Source: an uncultured Collinsella sp.
GTDB lineage: Bacteria > Actinomycetota > Coriobacteriia > Coriobacteriales > Coriobacteriaceae
NCBI GenBank assembly: GCA_902490095.1
Contig: CABUCQ010000001.1
Location: 1 to 51,633 of the forward strand
DNA length: 51,633 bases
Direction: 5' to 3'
Shown here: positions 18,248 through 28,883 of the stretch, piece after piece
How the letters are laid out: every line of letters starts with the position of its first letter
How positions within the stretch are numbered: the first letter of the stretch is position 1
Position numbers and translations under genes: made by a program
Notes under the pieces: model-generated
Told to the model about the DNA's origin: nothing
The model's database searches: none
Seen by the model: only the letters and a program-made list of their open reading frames with translations

Positions 18248-18769
18248 ATGGCTTTTAATACGAAGGTCGATGTGGCCGATACCGAGCTCGAGGAGAACGA
18301 GGCGGCCGTCGCCGAAGCCGAGGATGTGACGCTCGAGGATGAGGCGCTCGTCGAGGCCGAGTCCGCCGATGACGCGGACGAGGATGATGAGGAAACAGAC
18401 GAGTCCGAGGACTCGCTGACCTATTCCAACGGTGTGATCGAGAAGATCGTCGCCATGGCCACCCGCGAGGTGCCGCACGTCCTGGGCATGAAGGGTAACC
18501 TTATGCACTTTGTGCAGGAGCAGTTTGGTGCCGAGAATCTGACCAAGGGCGTGACGGTTGAGGTCACCGATGACAATCGCGTGGTCGTCAACATCTCCGT
18601 CATTATCGAGTACGGCGCCTATGCGCCCGCGATCTTCGACGATGTCAAGGCACGTGTCACCGAGCGCCTTGCCGCGATGACCGGCCTTGAGGTGGCGGGC
18701 GTCAACCTGCGCATCGAGGACGTCATCACCCCCGAGGAGTACGAGCACCGCACCAGCCAGCACGAGTAA
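18248..18769 (+). CDS. asp23: Asp23/Gls24-family envelope stress protein
   Basis: LTYSNGVIEKI, KGVTVEV, IIEYG and MTGLEV..VN..IEDV motifs; acidic N-terminus. Confidence 0.92.
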   Translation: MAFNTKVDVADTELEENEAAVAEAEDVTLEDEALVEAESADDADEDDEETDESEDSLTYSNGVIEKIVAMATREVPHVLGMKGNLMHFVQEQFGAENLTKGVTVEVTDDNRVVVNISVIIEYGAYAPAIFDDVKARVTERLAAMTGLEVAGVNLRIEDVITPEEYEHRTSQHE

Positions 18770-18811
18770 CCTTCCAAAAAGGGACAGGTTTGTTTTGGCA
18801 GGCTTTATCTG
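18768..18811 (+). repeat. REP-like hairpin (GGGACAGG loop)
   Basis: AACCTTCCAAAAAGGGACAGGTTTGTTTTGGCAGGCTTTATCTG, near-identical to 44828 and to the reverse complement of 13902-13945. Confidence 0.85.
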
Positions 18812-18977
18812 CGAAAACGTTAAACGGCCGACCGCGCAAGCAAAAGCGTGGCCGGCCGTTATTTGTATGCCCCCCGATGTGGGCATACCGCTCGTCTAAC
18901 TAGGGGTTGCAATCGTCGCGTTCCGCGTTACCCTAATGGGCGCATTGTTTCCAAATTGTTAACGAGGGGTTGCCGTA

Positions 18978-20000
18978 ATGGCCGACGAGCACGAAACAGA
19001 AAGCAAGGCATGGGCGATTGAGGCCGCCGCGGCAGAGGCGGCATCGCGTGCTGCCGAGGAGGTGCATCGTCCTCCCGTGGTGCCGATGGAGCGCGTGGTT
19101 GATCGCACCGATATCGAGCGCGGCGAGCGTGTCGGTCAAAAGCGCAGCCAGGAGCCGGGCTTCCCGCGCTTTTTTGCCGAGCTCAATCTGGGCCTGATTC
19201 TTACGGCCTTCGCCATCGTTGCGTTTAAAACCCCTAATCACTTTGCTTTTGGCGGCACCTCGGGCGTGTCGGTCATTCTGTCCACGCTGTTCCCGACCCT
19301 GCCCGTCGGCGTTTTTATGTGGATTATCAACGCGGTTCTCGTCGTCTTGGGCTTTATCTTTTTGGAGCGCAAGGCGATTCTTTGGAGCGTCTTCGCCTCG
19401 TTTGCGCTTTCGGCCTATGTTTCGCTGTTTGAGCTCTTTATCCCGACTGATGTCTCGATGACGGGCGATATGTGGCTTGACCTGTGCTTTGCCGTGATCC
19501 TGCCGGCGCTCGGCAGCGCCATTGTCTTTGATATTGGCGCCTCGACGGGCGGCACGGACATTCTCGCTATGATCCTCAAACGCCGCACCACGCTCGAGAT
19601 TGGTCGCGCACTGCTGTTGGTCGATATCGGCATCGTGGCCATCGCGGCCTTTTTGTATGGCCCGCGTGTCGGTCTGTATTGCGTGCTCGGCCTGTTTGCC
19701 AAGACGCTTGTGGTCGACAAGGCCATCGAGAGCATTCACCTTCGTAAGGTCTGCACAGTCATTTGTTCCGAGCCCCTTAAGGTCGAGGAGTTTATCGTCA
19801 AGCATCTCAACCGCACGGCGACCATCAGCCGCGGTTACGGTGCCTTCTCGGGCAAGTGCGTGACGGTGATCATGAGCGTGCTGAGCCGTCGCGAGGCCGT
19901 GCAACTGCGCCGCTATGCGCGCGAGGTCGATCCGGGTGCCTTTATCACGATTGTCGACAGCTCCGAGATCGTCGGCAAGGGCTTCCGCGGAACGAACTAG
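18978..20000 (+). CDS. YitT-family membrane protein (with C-terminal DUF2179-type domain)
   Basis: PNHFAFGGTSG, GASTGGTDI and DPGAFITI..SSEIVGKGF motifs. Confidence 0.9.
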   Translation: MADEHETESKAWAIEAAAAEAASRAAEEVHRPPVVPMERVVDRTDIERGERVGQKRSQEPGFPRFFAELNLGLILTAFAIVAFKTPNHFAFGGTSGVSVILSTLFPTLPVGVFMWIINAVLVVLGFIFLERKAILWSVFASFALSAYVSLFELFIPTDVSMTGDMWLDLCFAVILPALGSAIVFDIGASTGGTDILAMILKRRTTLEIGRALLLVDIGIVAIAAFLYGPRVGLYCVLGLFAKTLVVDKAIESIHLRKVCTVICSEPLKVEEFIVKHLNRTATISRGYGAFSGKCVTVIMSVLSRREAVQLRRYAREVDPGAFITIVDSSEIVGKGFRGTN

Positions 20001-20149
20001 CACAGACGTATTCAACGAACCGCCTGCTGGCGCCGTGTACCTTGCAAATCGGTCATCTTTGAGTATTTGACCCCACATTGGGCAATAATGATGCTAAAGA
20101 CAACGTTTGCGATCCAAGTGATTCGTTCAAGATACGAAGGGATGATTCT

Positions 20150-21367
20150 ATGTTCTGCTCGCAGTGCGGCGCCCCCATGGGCGATAACGACAAGTTCTGC
20201 GGCGTGTGTGGTGCTCCTAATGCCGGTGCCGCTGGCCCCGCTCCCCAGGGACAGCCTCAGCCCCAGCAGTTTGTTCCGCAACCGCCCGTGGCGAATGCGC
20301 CAAAGGGCTGTGTGGCTCAGGCGTTCCAAGATATGACCAAGACTCCGGGCGTGCTTCAGCGTGTATGCCAAATCGCGTTTTTGCCGGCGCTGATTTGCGT
20401 TGTGTCAGTGCTCGTGTTGTTTATTCCCGTTATTGGCGGCATTGCGGCTGCCATCGGCTTTTTGGCAGCTTGCATTGCGAGCGTGTGCGGTTCCGGCTTT
20501 GGCATCGAGTGGGGTCGCGATCTGTCGCTTAAGATCGATGACGGCATGGATCGTCCGCTGATGCGTTCCACGTCGTTTGGTCTCGGAGTCTTTTCGAGCG
20601 TTATTTCGGTCGTGCTCGAGGTTATCGCTGCCATTCCCGTTATCGGTGTAGTGCTTTCGCTGGTGGAGGGCGTGGTAATTGGCGCTGCGGGCTCGTATTC
20701 TTATTACGGTTCTTATGCGCTCGAGGCTGCGCTGTTCGGTTCGCTTGGCCTGCTTGTCCTGGCGCTAATTGCCTCGGCGATTCTGGGTGTCTTCTTTAAG
20801 ATGTTCGCCGACATCGCCGTGATGCACTTTGCGGTGACCGGGCGTGTCGAGAGCGCGTTTTCGCTCGATAAGGTCTGGGCGGCGTTTAAGCACAACAAGA
20901 CCAAGCTGTTCTGTGCTTCGTTCCTTCCCGAGTTTTTGACGGGCCTGGTCGCCAACGTTGTCACATGGATCTTGACGGTCGTCTTTGGCGCCATTGCCTC
21001 TGTCGGTATGTATAGCTACTACTATCGTCCTACGGGTATTGAGGCAATTGTTACCGGCGGTGGCGTCACGCTCGCGCTGTTCTTGGTGCTGGTCGCTTTC
21101 GTCACCGTATTTCTTACGGTCTTTGGCAAGATGCTCAAGCACCGTGCCGTTGGCTATTGGGTTGCACGTTATGCAAGCGAGTGGGCCGACGAGGACAAGG
21201 ACGACGTCCTGACTTTTGTATTGCCCTTCGAGAAGAAGTCCGCTCCCTCGGGTTACAGCGCTCCGGATGCCGAGCCCGCACCTGAGTCCGAGCCCAAGCC
21301 TGAGCCGGCACCTGCACCTGAGTCGGCGTCCGAGCCAAGCTCCGACGAGGAACCTCAGGACGAGTAG
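20150..21367 (+). CDS. Zinc-ribbon membrane protein (DUF4013-like) with Pro/Glu-rich tail
   Basis: MFCSQCG...DKFCGVCG zinc ribbon, multiple TM helices, EPAPE-like repeats at the C-terminus. Confidence 0.75.
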   Translation: MFCSQCGAPMGDNDKFCGVCGAPNAGAAGPAPQGQPQPQQFVPQPPVANAPKGCVAQAFQDMTKTPGVLQRVCQIAFLPALICVVSVLVLFIPVIGGIAAAIGFLAACIASVCGSGFGIEWGRDLSLKIDDGMDRPLMRSTSFGLGVFSSVISVVLEVIAAIPVIGVVLSLVEGVVIGAAGSYSYYGSYALEAALFGSLGLLVLALIASAILGVFFKMFADIAVMHFAVTGRVESAFSLDKVWAAFKHNKTKLFCASFLPEFLTGLVANVVTWILTVVFGAIASVGMYSYYYRPTGIEAIVTGGGVTLALFLVLVAFVTVFLTVFGKMLKHRAVGYWVARYASEWADEDKDDVLTFVLPFEKKSAPSGYSAPDAEPAPESEPKPEPAPAPESASEPSSDEEPQDE

Positions 21368-21375
21368 TCATGCCG

Positions 21376-21408
21376 TCTGCCATTTGGGGACGGGGTAGAA
21401 ATAGTAGA
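21376..21408 (+). repeat. Degenerate REP-like hairpin (GGGACGGG loop)
   Basis: TCTGCCATTT-GGGGACGGGGTAG-AAATAGTAGA just after the stop codon. Confidence 0.55.
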
Positions 21409-21426
21409 AATAGCGCTTGAAGAATG

Positions 21427-21464
21427 AGCGGGGGCGGACGTGTCGAAACGTCCGCCCCCGCTTT
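21427..21464. terminator. Terminator between convergent genes
   Basis: AGCGGGGGCGGACG-loop-CGTCCGCCCCCGCT. Confidence 0.75.
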
Positions 21465-21507
21465 GACATCGCGATGTGGCTATGACTGCGAGATGCCAGC
21501 GAATCGA

Positions 21508-22971
21508 TTACTCGTCGTGCTTCTCCTCACGGCGTGCAGCAGCGCGTGCGTCGTGGATGCCCTTGATCGCGGCATGGCGAGCCGTTCGGGCATCATGGAT
21601 GGCGTCGCGAGCCTCGGCGGTCGTCGCCTTGGCAGAGCGCAACTTGGCGGCCAGATCGGGGTTGGTTTCGGCGACCGCGGTAATCGCGGGGCCGTCGAGC
21701 TCCTCTTGCGTGGGCTCGGCCAAAAAGTCGATAGCATACTGGGCGGCCACCATGGAGCCCTTTGCCAGCACGGTCTCGTCGATCTTGTAGAAGCAGGAAT
21801 GTTGGGCGTACGTGGCGCCAATCTTGGGGTTGCGCGTACCTACAAAGGCGAGCACGCCCGGTACGCGACGCAGGTACTCCGAAAAATCCTCGCCCGAAAG
21901 CGTGCCGCGATAATGGCCTTGGCCGGCGGGGCCCAGACACTTAATTACAGCCTGACGGCAGCGCTCGCTCGAGGCCGCGTCGTTTTCGACCTTGTAGTTG
22001 GCGATGGTGTAGTCGGTGAGCTCTGCCTCGGCGCCCAAGGCGGCCGCGGTATGCTCCACGATGCGGCGCATGAGCTCCGGCATTTCCTCGTGGGTCGAAT
22101 CGCCGTAGGTGCGCACCGTGCCGGCGAGGTAGGCCGTGCCGGCGATAACGTTGCGTGCGGTGCCGCCGTGCAGCTCGCCGACGGTGATGACAGCCGGCTC
22201 GTAGGGGCTGATCTCGCGCGAGACGATGGTCTGCAGGGCGTTGACGATCTCTGCGGCCACCATAACGGCGTCGTGACCGCGCTGGGGCATGGCGCCGTGG
22301 CACGAGGTGCCGCGTACGTCGATACGGAACCAGTCGGTATTGGCCATGCGCGGTCCGGGCTCGCAGCTCACGGTGCCGGCGTCGACCTCGCTCCAGATGT
22401 GCGCGGCGTAGGCGCCATCGACGCCGTCGAGCACACCCGTGCCGATCATGAGCTTGGCGCCCTGGCCGTTTTCCTCGCTGGGCTGGAAGACGATGCGGAC
22501 TTCGCCGTGGATGTCGTCGGTCATATGGCGCAGGATCTGCAGCGTTCCGAGCATCATGGCGATATGGCAGTCGTGGCCGCAGGCGTGCATGCAGCCCTCG
22601 TTGACGCTGGCGAACTCCTCGCCGGTCTGCTCGGTGACGGGCAGGGCGTCGATGTCGGCGCGCAGCAGGATGCGGCGGCGTGGCGTGCCGTCCTCGCGGT
22701 AGGCATCCGGCGCGGTACCGCGAAGCGTTGCCACCAAGCCGGTCTTGAGCGGACGCTCGTAGGGGATATTCATGGCGTCGAGCTGGTTGGCGATGTCGGA
22801 GGTCGTGCGCTCCTCGGCAAGGCTCAGCTCCGGGTGCTTATGGAAGTGCCGGCGCTGCTTGATGATATATGGTTCAAACTCGGTAGCGATATCTTTGATG
22901 GCTGCGGTGACGTCGTCAGCCGCGCGAGCCTCGGTCGCCGCCATAATCTGCTGTGCCTTGGTCTTCGTCAT
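21508..22971 (-). CDS. M20D-family amidohydrolase (aminoacylase/hippurate-hydrolase-like)
   Basis: RRHFHKHPELS..E, LRADIDALP, MHACGHDCH, FQPSEE and GEDFS motifs; start MTKTKA behind an AAGGAG RBS. Confidence 0.9.
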   Translation of the reverse strand: MTKTKAQQIMAATEARAADDVTAAIKDIATEFEPYIIKQRRHFHKHPELSLAEERTTSDIANQLDAMNIPYERPLKTGLVATLRGTAPDAYREDGTPRRRILLRADIDALPVTEQTGEEFASVNEGCMHACGHDCHIAMMLGTLQILRHMTDDIHGEVRIVFQPSEENGQGAKLMIGTGVLDGVDGAYAAHIWSEVDAGTVSCEPGPRMANTDWFRIDVRGTSCHGAMPQRGHDAVMVAAEIVNALQTIVSREISPYEPAVITVGELHGGTARNVIAGTAYLAGTVRTYGDSTHEEMPELMRRIVEHTAAALGAEAELTDYTIANYKVENDAASSERCRQAVIKCLGPAGQGHYRGTLSGEDFSEYLRRVPGVLAFVGTRNPKIGATYAQHSCFYKIDETVLAKGSMVAAQYAIDFLAEPTQEELDGPAITAVAETNPDLAAKLRSAKATTAEARDAIHDARTARHAAIKGIHDARAAARREEKHDE

Positions 22972-23139
22972 GGTCGATTTGCTCCTTGCTGGGTTGATCG
23001 CAAAATCGTACAGGCTCTCTCCAGTATGCCACCTGCCGCTAGGGCTGGTAAAGTTGCCGTTTGCCGCTTGGGGTTTTGTTACAAGGGCGGGGGAGTACAC
23101 TCGGGGGTGTTGAATTTCCTGCCAGAGATGGGGATGCCC

Positions 23140-24777
23140 ATGCAACATATCGATCGGATTATCCGCTCCAAGAACGTCTTTACCGCGCAAGACGGCATCG
23201 ATACCACCCGCGAGCTGGCGATTGCCATCGCAGGCGACCGTATCGTCGCAGTCGGTGCGCCCGATGACGTGATCGCCGCCGCTCCTGCCGCTACGTCGGT
23301 TATCGACTACGGCGAGCAGTTTGTCTGCCCCGGTTTCCATGACGCTCATCTGCACTTCTTCCATACCTCGGTCGGTTCCTCGCCGTACATGCTCATGGAT
23401 ATGGGCACGTCCGAGGCGGCGCTGGTGCAACATGCGCTCGAGTTTTCCCAGGACCTGCCCGACGACGCTTGGGTTGTGACGCAGGGCTGGCGCGACTACC
23501 GTTGGGACCCGCCCGAGCATCCTACCAAGGCGTCGCTCGATGTGGCATTCCCCGATCGTCCCTGTGTTATGTATTCGGGCGACGGGCACACGCTGTGGCT
23601 CAACAGCCGCGCACTCGATGCACTCGGCGTCACGCGCGACAGCGAGCCACCAGCGGGCGGTAGCTACGACAAGGACGCAAACGGCGAGCTCACGGGTATT
23701 GCTCACGAGGCGGCTGCCATGCAGCTGCTACCGCGCTGCCTTGAGTGGCTGGGCGAGGATCGCATCGCAAGCGCTTACGCCGATCAAATGAGGCGGATGG
23801 CCGAGCAGGGCATCACCTCGATATGCGATATGTCGCTCATGCCCATGCCGGGCTGCGATTTTATCCGCGACGACGTCTACGACAAACTGCAGGCAGCCGG
23901 CAAGTTGGGCATCCGAGCCCATTTGTTTCCCACGCTGCTGGATGACCAATCGCGCTTGGAAGAGCTGCAGGTACGTTACGCGAACAACGCGCTGCTTTCG
24001 GCGCCAGGCTTTAAGCAGTTCTTCGACGGCGTGTCGAGCGAACACACGGCCTATCTCACCGAGCCCTATACCAACCCGCGCTTCCCGGGCGATCAAGGTC
24101 GCCTGACGGTTCCTGCCGAGCGCATGCGCAAGCTGGTTCTGGCGGCCGCGGAGCGCGGCCATACCGTGCGCATCCACGTCATCGGCGACGGTGCGATTCA
24201 TGCCGCGCTGGATATCTTCGAGGAGGCCGCCGACCTGTACGGCCTGCCCCAGCACGGCCATAACACGCTCGAGCACCTGGAGAACCTCTTGCCCGAGGAC
24301 ATCGATCGTCTACGCAAGCTTAACGTCGTTGCCTCGAGCCAGCCCTGTCACATTACACTCGACCCGGGCGGCCCCGAGCGCGATCTGGGCCTGGAACGCA
24401 GCCGCATCATGTGGCCGTTTGCGACCTATAAGCAGCGCGGCATCCGCCAAGCCTTCGGCACCGATAGCCCCATCACAGCTGTTACAAGCATGAACGTGCT
24501 CTACACGGCTATCACGCGCCAGGATCCCAAAAGCCACTGGCCCGAGGGCGGCTGGTTACCGAGCGAGCGCATCGATGCAGCAACAGCCCTGCGCAACTAC
24601 ACCCTGGGCAGCGCCTATGCAGCGGGCGACGAGCAAAACCTCGGCAGCTTGGAGCCCGGCAAGTATGCCGACCTGGTAGTCCTGGACCAAAACCCGCTCA
24701 CCATCGACCCCCAAGAGCTCCAGGCTACCAAGGTTCAGACCACCTACCTGGCAGGTAACTTGATTTACGAGCGCTAA
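23140..24777 (+). CDS. Amidohydrolase_3 (YtcJ-like) metal-dependent hydrolase
   Basis: PGFHDAHLH, KQFFDG, IHVIGD, LEH, FGTDSP and GSLEPGKYADLVVLD motifs. Start approximate (23128/23134/23140). Confidence 0.88.
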   Translation: MQHIDRIIRSKNVFTAQDGIDTTRELAIAIAGDRIVAVGAPDDVIAAAPAATSVIDYGEQFVCPGFHDAHLHFFHTSVGSSPYMLMDMGTSEAALVQHALEFSQDLPDDAWVVTQGWRDYRWDPPEHPTKASLDVAFPDRPCVMYSGDGHTLWLNSRALDALGVTRDSEPPAGGSYDKDANGELTGIAHEAAAMQLLPRCLEWLGEDRIASAYADQMRRMAEQGITSICDMSLMPMPGCDFIRDDVYDKLQAAGKLGIRAHLFPTLLDDQSRLEELQVRYANNALLSAPGFKQFFDGVSSEHTAYLTEPYTNPRFPGDQGRLTVPAERMRKLVLAAAERGHTVRIHVIGDGAIHAALDIFEEAADLYGLPQHGHNTLEHLENLLPEDIDRLRKLNVVASSQPCHITLDPGGPERDLGLERSRIMWPFATYKQRGIRQAFGTDSPITAVTSMNVLYTAITRQDPKSHWPEGGWLPSERIDAATALRNYTLGSAYAAGDEQNLGSLEPGKYADLVVLDQNPLTIDPQELQATKVQTTYLAGNLIYER

Positions 24778-25032
24778 GTATTCATGCCGTACCGTTATGC
24801 GCGGCTCGGGCAGCCTTTTTGGGATAGCGCTCGAGCCGCGTTTGCGTTTTGGTGGGGATCCGCCATGAGCGTCCCTGCTCTGTTGGATTTGGGTGCGGGG
24901 CGGAGGTGCTGCTGCCCCGCGCTCAATTTGGACACCAGCAATGCTATCTCTTGGTGTTTTGCATACTTCCCATTACAGATTGCATAAAAAGGCTGGGATG
25001 TCCTTCCTGATCCTGATGTACCCCCGCCCGTG

Positions 25033-25270
25033 CCGTGCAAAAAACGGAGTATTCAGCACCGCGAGCTCTGCCGGTGCCGCTGCGGCTGAGTAACGTTGCG
25101 GAGATTGACGTCATTTTGGGCTCCGGTACGGCGCGAAGCATGCCTTTTTGTCCTGGCGGGGTTTGCCTGCCGACTCAAATCGCCGGTCGAAGGCGTCCTT
25201 GGGACCAATATGGTGTGTCCGGCGTGTATGCAGCCGTCCTGGCTTGCTGAATACTCCCAAAAATGCACGG
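25033..25270. repeat. MITE-like element with imperfect 26-bp terminal inverted repeats
   Basis: CCGTGCAaaaaacGGAGTATTCAGCA (25033-25058) versus TGCTGAATACTCCcaaaaaTGCACGG (25245-25270). Confidence 0.6.
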
Positions 25271-25347
25271 TGCTCCCCAGGGGACCCGTGCACGCAACGA
25301 AAACCATGCCCATGTCGCTATCCGCATCGCCATTTTGCTGCACTGAC

Positions 25348-25558
25348 TTTTCTGAATGCCGGGCTCGAATTAGTTAACCTGCCTCCCGTGTGGCTCCGGA
25401 GGGGCGGGGCATAAGGTTTATCGCGAGTTCCGCACGAGCCGAAAGCCGCTTAATGTGGCCTTCGTGCGAGCAGGACTGCCCGAGCAGGAAACCTTATGCC
25501 CCGCCCCTCCGGAGCCACACGGGAGCCACCGCTAAGTTATCCCCCGGCATTCAGAAAA
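25348..25558. repeat. Nested inverted-repeat element (16-bp outer + 37-bp inner perfect arms)
   Basis: 25348-25363 pairs with 25543-25558; 25383-25419 pairs with 25489-25525. Confidence 0.9.
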
Positions 25559-25695
25559 TCTAAGTGCCAAAAAATAAGATTTTTTGACTCCGTGTTGTAT
25601 AACCCGCCATTCGTGGGTACCATTCAACGCGTACGCAAACAAAAAGGGTTAATTCGCGTGGTATAACCGCGCGGCCCAAAAAGGAGGAGACAAGC

Positions 25696-25989
25696 ATGTC
25701 GTCTTTGAAGCCGCTTGCAGATCGTGTTCTGGTCAAGCCCGACGAGGCCGAGCAGAAGACCGCTTCTGGTCTGTATATCGCCAGCAACGCTCAGGAGAAG
25801 CCGCAGCGTGGCACCATCGTTGCCGTTGGCGCCGGCAAGGTCAACGACAAGGGTGAGCGCATCCCCATGGACGTCAAGGTCGGTGACGTTGTCATCTACG
25901 GTAAGTTCGGTGGCAACGAGGTCAAGGTCGACGGCGAGAAGTATCTGCTGATGCGCGCCGACGACATCTACGCTATCGTCGAGGCCTAG
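25696..25989 (+). CDS. groES: Co-chaperonin GroES
   Basis: [18 protein letters not shown] and EKPQRG motifs. Confidence 0.98.
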   Translation: MSSLKPLADRVLVKPDEAEQKTASGLYIASNAQEKPQRGTIVAVGAGKVNDKGERIPMDVKVGDVVIYGKFGGNEVKVDGEKYLLMRADDIYAIVEA

Positions 25990-26007
25990 TCTCGTCGGAA
26001 TCTCTGA

Positions 26008-27723
<1,716 letters not shown>

Positions 27724-27749
27724 GGCCGACAAGGTCTAGAACTCCCACC

Positions 27750-27894
27750 GGGAATCCGGGGGCGGGACGGGGACTTCTCTCCGGAACGTCCTCGGACATG
27801 CAAAGAGGCTCCGCATCGCGCTTCGCGCTGCGGAGCCTCTTTGCGTCCTGCGGAATATTCCGGAGAGAAGTCCCCGTCCCGCCCCCGGATTCCC
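27750..27894. repeat. REPIN-like long palindrome with perfect 37-bp arms and a central hairpin
   Basis: 27750-27786 is the reverse complement of 27858-27894. Arms contain GGGACGGG. Central GCAAAGAGGCTCCGCA...TGCGGAGCCTCTTTGC stem. Confidence 0.9.
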
Positions 27895-28096
27895 TGCGTT
27901 TACGGCCTTGAGGTCGGCGTGGGCGGAGATCGTGGCTGATGGGGATACGTGTCCCGGTCGCTGTTTCGCGGCTTTGCCGCGAAAGGCGCGTTACTTTGGG
28001 ACGGGTGGGGAACGTGGTTGTTGCGGTAACTGGTCCCCGCCATAAATTACCCATGGCATACTTGCGCGAAAGCCTACTGGTGCTACACTTGCAATT

Positions 28097-28285
28097 GCTG
28101 TTTCAGGGCGGGGTGAAATTCCCCACTGGCGGTAAATCGGGCGGTGCCAAAGGGGCGCCGTGGTGCAGGCGAGACGCCTGCGGCCGAGCCGATGAGTCCG
28201 CGACCCGTGTGTGCGTTGGTTCGCATGCCGGCTGAACTGGTGAGATTCCAGTACCAACGGTTAGAGTCCGGATGAAAGAGGCAGG
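28097..28285 (+). ncRNA. FMN (RFN) riboswitch
   Basis: CAGGGCGGGGTGAAATTCCCCACTGGCGGT...AGTCCGCGA...GAACTGGTGAGATTCCAGTACCAACGGTTAGAGTCCGGATGAAAGA consensus. The 3' strand of P1 overlaps the RBS of the next gene. Confidence 0.93.
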
Positions 28286-28292
28286 TGATCTT

Positions 28293-28883
28293 ATGTCTGA
28301 ACAGTCGCAGCATATCCATTTTGAGAACACGAATAGGTGGAGCACCAAACAGCTCGTTACCATGGCGCTGATGTGCGCCTTGGGTGCCCTGTTTATGTAC
28401 GTGCAGCTGCCCATCCTTCCTTCGGCGCCGTTTTTGACGTATGACCCGTCGCTGGTGCCGGCGATGGTGTGCGGGTTTGCGTACGGTCCTAGTGCCGGCA
28501 CCGCTGTTGCCGCTATGGCTATCGTTATCCATGCGCTCACCACGGGTGACTGGGTCGGTGCGCTTATGAACTTGGTTGCCACGCTGGGCTATATTCTGCC
28601 CGCGGCTATCGTTTACCAGAAGATGCACACCTATAAGGGTGCCGTGATTGGCCTGGTGCTCGGCGTCATTGCCGCTACAGCGCTGTCTATGGTCGCAAAC
28701 CTTACCATTGGCGTATGGTTCTGGTATGGCTCGGTCGATGTGATCGCCCCGCTCATGATTCCTGCCGTACTGCCGTTCAACCTTATCAAGACCGTGCTTA
28801 ACTCGGTATTGACGCTTGCGGTGTACAAGGCGGTTTCCAACCTCATCACGCCTAAAAAGGACCAGGTCAAAGGCCGCGCATGA
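28293..28883 (+). CDS. ribU: ECF transporter S component, riboflavin-specific (RibU-like)
   Basis: STKQLVTMAL, PFLTYDPSLVP..GP and PFNLIK motifs; directly under the FMN riboswitch. Confidence 0.8.
   Translation: MSEQSQHIHFENTNRWSTKQLVTMALMCALGALFMYVQLPILPSAPFLTYDPSLVPAMVCGFAYGPSAGTAVAAMAIVIHALTTGDWVGALMNLVATLGYILPAAIVYQKMHTYKGAVIGLVLGVIAATALSMVANLTIGVWFWYGSVDVIAPLMIPAVLPFNLIKTVLNSVLTLAVYKAVSNLITPKKDQVKGRA

Noticed and set aside
21262..21330. Short GAGCCC/CCTGAG tandem repeats
   Set aside because: They encode a low-complexity Pro/Glu/Ala tail and are not an independent DNA element.
21424..23139. 1117-aa (+) and 732-aa (-) ORFs that appear to overlap extensively
   Set aside because: These are antisense read-through extensions of two ordinary divergent genes; family motifs and RBSs place the true starts at about 23140 (+) and 22971 (-).
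24784..25414. Several short overlapping ORFs in the gap before groES
   Set aside because: No recognisable domains, atypical codon use, and the region is explained by inverted-repeat elements.
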